A stretch of 32,000 nucleotides of DNA. Source: Ignicoccus hospitalis KIN4/I. GTDB lineage: Archaea > Thermoproteota > Thermoprotei_A > Sulfolobales > Ignicoccaceae. The notes under the pieces are model-generated. The model did not search any database. It was not told the origin of the DNA and saw only the letters and a list, made by a program, of their open reading frames with translations. The stretch covers positions 210,001 to 242,000 of the forward strand of contig NC_009776.1 in the NCBI RefSeq assembly GCF_000017945.1, written 5' to 3'. A program made the translations under genes and the position numbers. This document shows, piece after piece, positions 26,239 to 32,000 of the stretch (its first letter is position 1; each line of letters begins with the position of its first letter).

Positions 26239-26538
26239 GGAGGGTCTTCCCGACCTCTCTAGCGAGGCCCTTGGTTATAGGGCAAGCGGGGGTCGGAGTG
26301 AGACTAGGCACATCACTCGCTCAGGGGCTGCCCACTTCCTCATTCCCTAAACCCCCTCCCGGGGCGTTAGACAAAATAGCGTTCCGGCCGAGGGGCGAGC
26401 GCCCGGCGACCGGCCGTCGTCCCGGCGGGCGATGGGCCGGGCTTGTGCGCCGGAACACCTTTAACCCCCTTCTCGAAAGGGCTGCCTCGGTCGTTCGAGT
26501 TGGTCTGTCCTTACGCCATACCGGCCAGGGGAGGCTTG

Positions 26539-26685
26539 GTGCACTGCAGAGCGGCGGACATGGCGGTCGACCCCTCGGAGTACCCTTGTTTCGGGAACTA
26601 CGAGGAGTGCCCGATATACCGCTCTGAGGAGAGCGGGAGCTGCGAGACTTGTCCCCTCTACGGGAGCTGTCCCAAGGCGCAGTAA
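26539..26685 (+). CDS. Candidate Cys-rich micro-protein (48 aa from GTG 26539; 41 aa from ATG 26560)
   Basis: The sequence is MHCRAADMAVDPSEYPCFGNYEECPIYRSEESGSCETCPLYGSCPKAQ. It has six Cys with CX6C and CX2CX5C spacing. GGGGAGG lies 4 nt upstream of the GTG. Codon usage resembles the neighbours (ATA, AAG, GAG). The ORF ends 43 nt before sdhA. I recognise no family. Confidence 0.3.
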   Translation: MHCRAADMAVDPSEYPCFGNYEECPIYRSEESGSCETCPLYGSCPKAQ

Positions 26686-26727
26686 GGGTAAAAGCCCGAG
26701 CCCTCAAGCTCCCCGGAGGAGGAAGTT

Positions 26728-28413
26728 TTGGAAACCCTCGGTCCCTATGACGTCGTCGTAGTTGGAGGGGGCCTGGCGGGCCTCAGGGCGGCGATCGAGG
26801 CGAGGCGCCACGGGGCAAGCGCGCTGGTGGTCGCGAAGTCCCACCCGGTCCGGAGCCACTCCTCCGCCGCGGAGGGCGGGGTCGCCGCTTACATCGAGGG
26901 CGCCTCCGACCCTAGGGACTCGCCCCTCCAGCACGCCTTCGACACCGTGAAGGGCTCGGACTGGCTGGCCGACCAAGACGCGGTGGAGCTCATGGCCTTC
27001 GACGCCGAGAGGGCGATACTGGAGCTAGAGAAGTGGGGCTGCTTGTTCTCCAGGGACCCCGACGGGAAGATCGCAAGGAGGCCCTTCGGGGGCCACACCT
27101 ACCCCCGCACTAGGTTCGCCGCAGACAAGACTGGTATGTGTATGCTCCATACGGTTTACGAAAGGGCCTTGGCTGAAGGCGTAGACATGCTTTACGAGTT
27201 CTACGTTACCGACGTCGTTAGTGACAAGAGGAAGGTTTACGGCGTTATAGGCTTTGACGTCAAGAGCGGGGACGTCTACTTCATCAAGAGCAAGGCAGTG
27301 ATACTCGCCACGGGCGGGGGCGGGTTGATGTACAAGTTCTCAACGAACAGTTATCTGAACTCGGGGGACGGCTACGCGATCGCCGCCAGGGCGGGCGCCC
27401 CCTTGGCGGACATGGAGTTCATCCAGTTCCACCCCACCGCCCTCTACCCCTCCAACATACTGATAACCGAGGCCGCCAGGGGCGAGGGAGGGTACCTTAT
27501 CAACAAGAACGGAGAGAGGTTCATGAAGAGGTACGCCCCCGAGAGGATGGAGCTCGCCCCGAGGGACGTGGTCGCGAGGGCGATAATGAACGAGATTAAA
27601 GAGGGGAGGGGCTTCGAAGGGGGCTACGTGCTCCTCGACCTGACCCACCTAGGGGAGGAGAAGATAAACGAAAGGCTCCCCTTGGTTAGGGAAGTGTCCA
27701 TAAAGTTCGCCAAGGTGGATCCGGTTAAGGAGCCCATACCGGTAAGGCCGGCCGCGCACTACACCATGGGCGGGGTCAAGACCAACTTGGACGGCGCCAC
27801 GGAGGTGAAGGGCTTGTTCGCGGCCGGCGAGGCCGCTTGCGTGAGCGTTCACGGGGCCAACAGGTTGGGCAGCAACTCGTTGCTGGAGACCTTAGTGTTC
27901 GGCAGGAGGGCCGGTATGGCCGCTGCCGCCTACGCGAAGGAGGTCGGCTACTCGGAGCCCCCGAAGGAGGCCTTGTCGGAGGCCGAGGCGAGGCTCTGGC
28001 TTCCCACTACCTCCGAGAGCGGCTTGAGCTTTGGTCAACTTAGGAAGGAGGTAGGCGAAATCATGTGGAATTACGTAGGCATAGAGAGAAACGAAGAGGG
28101 CCTCAAGACGGCCGTCAAGAAGTTGAAAGAGCTAATGAACATGACCAAGTACGTGAAGGGCTCGGGAGGCCCCGGCGCTTACGAGCTAGTCGCCGCTCAC
28201 GAAACTATAAACATGGTAATGAACGCCTACGCGACCGCTACGGCCGCCTTGTGGAGGACAGAGAGCAGGGGGGCGCACTACCGTTCCGACTACCCCAAGA
28301 GGGACAACGAGAACTGGCTCGCGCACACGATCATGCGCTGGAAGGGGACTTGGGAGATGGAGAAGCTGCCTGTAACGATAACTAGGTGGCCGCCCCAAGA
28401 GAGGAAGTACTAA
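26728..28413 (+). CDS. sdhA: Succinate dehydrogenase / fumarate reductase flavoprotein subunit
   Basis: 561 aa. DVVVVGGGLAGLRAA is the FAD dinucleotide fold. RSHSSAAEGG is the covalent-FAD histidine motif, which argues against NadB. FHPT, the RGEGG loop and ESRGAHYRSDYP are also present. TTG start preceded by GGAGGAGG. Confidence 0.88.
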   Translation: METLGPYDVVVVGGGLAGLRAAIEARRHGASALVVAKSHPVRSHSSAAEGGVAAYIEGASDPRDSPLQHAFDTVKGSDWLADQDAVELMAFDAERAILELEKWGCLFSRDPDGKIARRPFGGHTYPRTRFAADKTGMCMLHTVYERALAEGVDMLYEFYVTDVVSDKRKVYGVIGFDVKSGDVYFIKSKAVILATGGGGLMYKFSTNSYLNSGDGYAIAARAGAPLADMEFIQFHPTALYPSNILITEAARGEGGYLINKNGERFMKRYAPERMELAPRDVVARAIMNEIKEGRGFEGGYVLLDLTHLGEEKINERLPLVREVSIKFAKVDPVKEPIPVRPAAHYTMGGVKTNLDGATEVKGLFAAGEAACVSVHGANRLGSNSLLETLVFGRRAGMAAAAYAKEVGYSEPPKEALSEAEARLWLPTTSESGLSFGQLRKEVGEIMWNYVGIERNEEGLKTAVKKLKELMNMTKYVKGSGGPGAYELVAAHETINMVMNAYATATAALWRTESRGAHYRSDYPKRDNENWLAHTIMRWKGTWEMEKLPVTITRWPPQERKY

Positions 28414-28453
28414 CCTATTTCTCCCCTTAGTCCTAACCCTAGGAAGCGAAGAA

Positions 28454-29641
28454 ATGTCCGAAGTAGCGATGGTCTACGACTTCAGCAGGAAGAAATGCGG
28501 AATAAAGGAGTACGGGGACGCCCTGGTCAAGTGGCTCAAGGCCATTGGGGTGGACGTGGAGGTTTGCGACTTGAAGAAGGAGAGCTACGCGGACTCCGTG
28601 AGGGCGGCGCTCTGCGCCTCGCGCGGGGAGCTGGTGCACACCCAACACGAATACGGCCTCTTCAAGGGCCACTTCGGCTGGTCGCAGATATTCTACTACT
28701 TGACCCTAAAGCTCTTGAGGAAGAGGGACATCACCACTCTCCACACGGTGTTAACGCCCAAACAAGCCATTGAGAACTACGTCAAGTTTAGCCTTCCGTA
28801 CGTCAAGGAGAGCTTGATAGAAACGATGAGGGGGTTCTTGATAAGCGCTCTGGTGCCTTACATACCCCAAGCCTTCAGCGACCTCCTAGTGGTGCACACC
28901 CTCCGGGGCTACGAGCTCCTCCCGTGGCTGGGGAAGATGAAGGCCGTCCTAATACCTCACTTCACCCCCAAGCCCTCGTGGAAGATAGACGAGATTATTG
29001 AGAAATGTAGAAATATGATGAGTAAAAAGGTGGAGCGCGTGGAGATAGTCACCCCCGGGTTCATCAGGCCGACCAAGAGGTACGACTGGGCGGTCCACGC
29101 GCTCGTGAGCTTGGCCTTGGAGGGCTTGGAGGTCCCGCTGAGGTACACCGTGGTGGGCACCACACAAGACGAGGCGGGGGAGAGGTGGTACCAATACATG
29201 AAGGACTTCATTGACGAGATATCTAAGTACACCGAGAAGCTGGGGCTGGAGATAAGGATAGTGAAGAAAATGATGACTAAAGAGGAGCTGATAGAGAGGG
29301 CTTGTTCGGCCCACGTGGTCTTGCTCCCTTACTCGGACCCCACCCAAGAGGCCTCCGGCATAGTCCACGACTCGTTGACTTGCGGGAAACACATAGTGGT
29401 CCCGAAGATAGGGGACGTCCGCAACTACCCGGAGGCCTTCCACCCCTTCGACATAGACGACCCGCTGCCTACGATGAAACAAGCCTTGAGGAGGGCGATA
29501 GACGAGGTTTTGAGGGGCAACTTGTGCAACCCGGGGGCCTTGGCGTACGCGCGCTTCACCGCCGTCGACCGCGTTGCGAGGAGGCACGCTGAGCTCTACG
29601 CCACGCTCCGCTCTCGAAGATCTCCTCGGCGACCCTCTTGA
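28454..29641 (+). CDS. GT-B fold glycosyltransferase (group 1 / GT4-like)
   Basis: 395 aa. The N-terminal domain has HTQHEYGLF. The C-terminal domain has the E-x7-E-like region PTQEASGIVHDSLTCGKHIVVP. The Arg-rich tail overlaps the convergent mre11-like gene. Confidence 0.7.
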   Translation: MSEVAMVYDFSRKKCGIKEYGDALVKWLKAIGVDVEVCDLKKESYADSVRAALCASRGELVHTQHEYGLFKGHFGWSQIFYYLTLKLLRKRDITTLHTVLTPKQAIENYVKFSLPYVKESLIETMRGFLISALVPYIPQAFSDLLVVHTLRGYELLPWLGKMKAVLIPHFTPKPSWKIDEIIEKCRNMMSKKVERVEIVTPGFIRPTKRYDWAVHALVSLALEGLEVPLRYTVVGTTQDEAGERWYQYMKDFIDEISKYTEKLGLEIRIVKKMMTKEELIERACSAHVVLLPYSDPTQEASGIVHDSLTCGKHIVVPKIGDVRNYPEAFHPFDIDDPLPTMKQALRRAIDEVLRGNLCNPGALAYARFTAVDRVARRHAELYATLRSRRSPRRPS

Positions 29642-30719
29642 GCTCGTCGGACCTCCTCTCTTGTGCCGCCTTCACGAGCTCGTAGAGGAGCCGGCCGAGC
29701 TCCTTCCCGTAGAACTCTATTATCAAGTCCTCCAGCCCCGTAAAGTTCGTGACGGTCTCCTCCACTTCCTCTTCCTCCTCCGCGAGGAAGTTCACCCTCA
29801 CGGTCAACGCCCTCGCTTGGAACTTGGAGGATATCGCCCTTACGGCGTCCTTACCCACCTTGCCGGTTAGGTAAAGGTGCACCACCGCGCCTTGGGGTAC
29901 GGACTCCGCCTCCGCGAGCGCCCTCTTGTAGTCCTTCGGTAACTCGTACTTCTTTATTATCTGCTTCCTGTTGTATACGTTTAACTTGCCTACTATCTGG
30001 GCCTCGTCGCCCCCTAAGTCCACAAGCAAGGGTCCCCGCCTCAACAACGGGTTGTCCGAAGACTCCCACAACACCTCGTCAACTGTGGTGGCCTCCAAGG
30101 AGCCCGGGTAGGCGGCGGGCGCCCCGTGGACCTCCAAGACTGTGGGCTTGTGGACGTGGCCGAGCGCGTAGTACTTGTAGCCCTTGGGCAACAGGCCCTC
30201 GTCCACACAGCTGAAGGGGAGCGCCCTGCACAGGCCTACGTGAAGGAGCAAGACGGAGTTCTTCTTAGGTTTGACCGCCCTCAAGCGCTCCAGGGGCCCC
30301 CTCTTGGAGGGGGTGACGGCGTCGTCCCCGTAGAAGGTAAAGCCCTTGAGCTCGTACCCCTTGGCCCCCAGCTCCCCCCTGAGCAGCTTGGCCCCGGTCA
30401 GCTCGCTCAAGTAAGCTATAGCTGGATATCCCCTCACCTTCGGTATGTCGTGGTCCCCGGCAACCATTATCACTTCTATGCCATTTTCCCTCAGCCTCCT
30501 TACCCCTTCGACCGCGACCTTGAACGGCTTCATTGTGCTGTCCGGCACGGGGGTGTCGAACAAGTCTCCAGCTATTACGAGGGCGTCGGCCTTCTCCCTT
30601 ATCGTGGCTTCCACCAAGTCTTCGAAGGCCTTGTAGAAGTCCTCCTCCCTCTCCTTCAAGCCGTACTGCCTCTTGCCCAAGTGGACGTCGGCGGCGTGGA
30701 CGATCAGCAACGCGACCAC
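29556..30719 (-). CDS. mre11: Mre11/SbcD-family nuclease (metallophosphoesterase)
   Basis: 387 aa. Phosphoesterase motifs occur in order: HAADVHLG, AGDLFD, VAGDHD (GDHD in place of the usual GNHD), LLLHVG and LGHVHKP. A C-terminal helical/acidic domain follows. Confidence 0.78.
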   Translation of the reverse strand: MVALLIVHAADVHLGKRQYGLKEREEDFYKAFEDLVEATIREKADALVIAGDLFDTPVPDSTMKPFKVAVEGVRRLRENGIEVIMVAGDHDIPKVRGYPAIAYLSELTGAKLLRGELGAKGYELKGFTFYGDDAVTPSKRGPLERLRAVKPKKNSVLLLHVGLCRALPFSCVDEGLLPKGYKYYALGHVHKPTVLEVHGAPAAYPGSLEATTVDEVLWESSDNPLLRRGPLLVDLGGDEAQIVGKLNVYNRKQIIKKYELPKDYKRALAEAESVPQGAVVHLYLTGKVGKDAVRAISSKFQARALTVRVNFLAEEEEEVEETVTNFTGLEDLIIEFYGKELGRLLYELVKAAQERRSDELKRVAEEIFESGAWRRAQRASSQRGRRR

Positions 30720-30762
30720 CCTTGAGGGCTCGCCCGGGGATAACTACCTCACTCGCCTCGGC

Positions 30763-31122
30763 TTACCTCGATCCGCTCACGGCCCTCCGGTAGCAGCCCC
30801 ACAGCCCTAAAAGCGCCAGCGCGAGGGAGAGGGCCAAGAGGGGCACGTGCTGGAGGGCGAGCTTGGGCAGAGTGCCGTAAGGGGTGATCACGCTCCTAGA
30901 GACCCTCCCGGTCAAGTAGCTGCCGAACGAGGCGGTTAGGCACCAGACGTCCTTGTCCTTGAGGAGGCCCCAAAGGAGGGCCAACGAAATGCCCGCGTAG
31001 ACCAAGTTCTCGACGAACAAGAAGAAGGGGAACGTCTTTATTACTCCAATGACGTGAGCTACGTCTATTCCTATGAAGCTTAAGAAGAGCAAGATCAAGA
31101 CGGCAGACGAAGGCCCCTTCAC
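30763..31122 (-). CDS. Hypothetical integral membrane protein (119 aa, 3-4 predicted TM segments)
   Basis: Hydrophobic segments are AVLILLFLSFIGI, FPFFLFVENLVYAGISLALLWGLL and VPLLALSLALALLGLWG. The GTG start is 2 nt after the aroD stop. Confidence 0.5.
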   Translation of the reverse strand: MKGPSSAVLILLFLSFIGIDVAHVIGVIKTFPFFLFVENLVYAGISLALLWGLLKDKDVWCLTASFGSYLTGRVSRSVITPYGTLPKLALQHVPLLALSLALALLGLWGCYRRAVSGSR

Positions 31123-31124
31123 GG

Positions 31125-31772
31125 TCAGTCCCCGCGCCCCCCAAGGGCGCTCAAGGCTTTTGTCAGTTGACGGACGCTCACTTGGCCCGGGGCGGTGGCC
31201 TCCCCCACGCTCCCGTAGTTCAAGAAGCTGCCCAGCAGAGCCGACGCCAACCTCAAGGCCTCCGTCCCCTCGCCCATAGGCATGAAGGCCGTCCTGGGGT
31301 GCACGCTCTCGCTGAACAACAAGAAGTACGACGGAAAGTCCGTCACTACCGTAGCTACCTTAAAAGCCCACGCCCCCGCCTCCAGTGCCCTCTGGGAGAG
31401 CTTCCTTACCTCCCCCTCCCGGGGAGGCTTCCGGAAGTAGTGGACGGAGAGGATCGCCCTATCGCAAGGGAGTTCCTTAAACTTCTTAACCTCCACGTCG
31501 CAGACCGCTCCGGCCTCCGAGGCCATCTCGTAGGCCTCCCCCCTCCAAGGAGGGGACCAGACCCCTCCCTCCTCCGGGTCCCTGACCGTAACTATCACGT
31601 CTAAGCCGTAGTTCCTTGCCAACTCTATCATTTCCAAGAACGGGGGCGTCTCCTTGCGGGTCCAATAGTCCAACCTGAGCTCCACGAAGTCCGCTCCGGC
31701 GGCGGCCGACTTAATTATAAGCTTCTTAACTTGCCCTAAGTCGGTAAACGGTATGGACGCCACCGCGTACAC
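31125..31772 (-). CDS. aroD: 3-dehydroquinate dehydratase, type I
   Basis: 215 aa. DFVELRLDY, the catalytic-lysine context WAFKVATVV, and a C-terminal APGQVSVRQL are typical of type I AroD. Confidence 0.85.
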   Translation of the reverse strand: MYAVASIPFTDLGQVKKLIIKSAAAGADFVELRLDYWTRKETPPFLEMIELARNYGLDVIVTVRDPEEGGVWSPPWRGEAYEMASEAGAVCDVEVKKFKELPCDRAILSVHYFRKPPREGEVRKLSQRALEAGAWAFKVATVVTDFPSYFLLFSESVHPRTAFMPMGEGTEALRLASALLGSFLNYGSVGEATAPGQVSVRQLTKALSALGGRGD

Positions 31773-32000
31773 GGGGGACCCCTGGGAGGCGGTTAGGGAC
31801 AGCGCTCGATATTATTCTGCGATAGCCAAGGGTTACGACGAGCTCTACGGAGAGGAGCAAGAGAAAAAGTATGCCGTTGGTTTAAAGATGCTTAAGCCGT
31901 CAAAGAGGGTTTTAGACGTGGGGTGCGGCACGGCCTTACTGCTGAAGCACGTGGAAGGCATATACGTAGGCTTGGACGTGAGCAAGGGAATGTTGGAGGA
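31753..32000 (+). CDS. Class I SAM-dependent methyltransferase, 5' partial (runs off the window)
   Basis: My hand translation from ATG 31753 gives MDATAYTGDPWEAVRDSARYYSAIAKGYDELYGEEQEKKYAVGLKMLKPSKRVLDVGCGTALLLKHVEGIYVGLDVSKGMLE. VLDVGCGT is SAM-binding motif I. The start overlaps the divergent aroD start by about 20 nt. Confidence 0.6.
   Translation, partial: MDATAYTGDPWEAVRDSARYYSAIAKGYDELYGEEQEKKYAVGLKMLKPSKRVLDVGCGTALLLKHVEGIYVGLDVSKGMLE

Noticed and set aside
26381-26456. 76-nt cloverleaf-like fold (8-bp closing stem plus three hairpins) that initially looked like a tRNA
   Set aside because: It has no discriminator or CCA geometry. The D-like loop is 4 nt, the anticodon-like loop is 5 nt, and there is no T-loop (TTCRANT) consensus. 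Such stems arise easily in 80%-GC DNA. I kept it only as part of the spacer finding.
26193-26707. 144-aa (plus strand) and 128-aa (minus strand) ORFs covering the pgk/sdhA spacer
   Set aside because: Their Arg/Gly/Pro-rich translations are typical of random frames in very GC-rich sequence. They have no motifs and mutually overlap.
26239-26727. Possibility that the spacer encodes RNase P RNA or SRP (7S) RNA
   Set aside because: I searched by eye on both strands. I found no GAGGAAAGUCC-type CR-I motif, no ACAGAA CR-V-type motif, and no SRP helix-8 GGAA/AGCA motif. I cannot exclude other ncRNA classes.
28949-29587. 212-aa minus-strand ORF inside the glycosyltransferase gene
   Set aside because: It is an Arg/Pro/Val/Gly-rich shadow ORF. 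The plus-strand frame has the GT-B motifs.
1-32000. CRISPR arrays, IS elements, rRNA genes and C/D-box sRNAs
   Set aside because: I saw no regularly spaced direct repeats, no transposase or integrase-like ORFs, and no rRNA-like stretches. All TGATGA (C-box) occurrences I found lie inside coding regions without a matching CTGA D-box arrangement.

Overview
Gene-dense (about 90% coding) chromosomal segment that looks like a GC-rich, hyperthermophile-type crenarchaeon. This is an inference from: split RNA polymerase A'/A'' genes, the archaeal L30e-NusA-S12-S7 order, eS17/eS24/eS31, Orc1/Cdc6, Kae1, Pelota, an intron-containing tRNA, frequent GTG/TTG starts, and ATGA/GTGA gene overlaps. The gene content resembles Desulfurococcales/Ignicoccus, but I cannot verify the taxon. 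Content is mostly housekeeping. Information processing: rpoA1, rpoA2, rpl30e, nusA, rps12, rps7, orc1/cdc6, pelota, tRNA-His, kae1, rps17e, rps24e, and an rps27ae gene missed by the ORF track. Central metabolism: PRPP synthetase, an AMP-forming acetyl-CoA synthetase, an HMGL-family (homocitrate/isopropylmalate/Re-citrate synthase-like) enzyme, a MoaD-MoaE fusion, hexulose-6-phosphate synthase, PGK, an SdhA/FrdA flavoprotein and AroD. There are also orphan or poorly characterised genes: a DUF151 nuclease, DUF885, a V4R-like protein, a divergent AAA+ ATPase, an Mre11-like nuclease and several small ORFs. I found no CRISPR array, IS element, integrase or rRNA. The strongest anomaly is a perfect 38-bp tandem duplication that frameshifts and truncates the acetyl-CoA synthetase gene inside its TWWQTETG core motif. 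Secondary points of interest are listed as findings: an antisense nuclease gene wedged between rps12 and rps7, an 80%-GC 490-bp spacer with a Cys-rich micro-ORF upstream of an orphan sdhA, a low-GC islet of orphan ORFs, a divergent AAA+ ATPase/V4R pair, and an Mre11-like gene in an atypical operon. I see no clear-cut novel multi-gene system. The candidates are flagged with modest scores.
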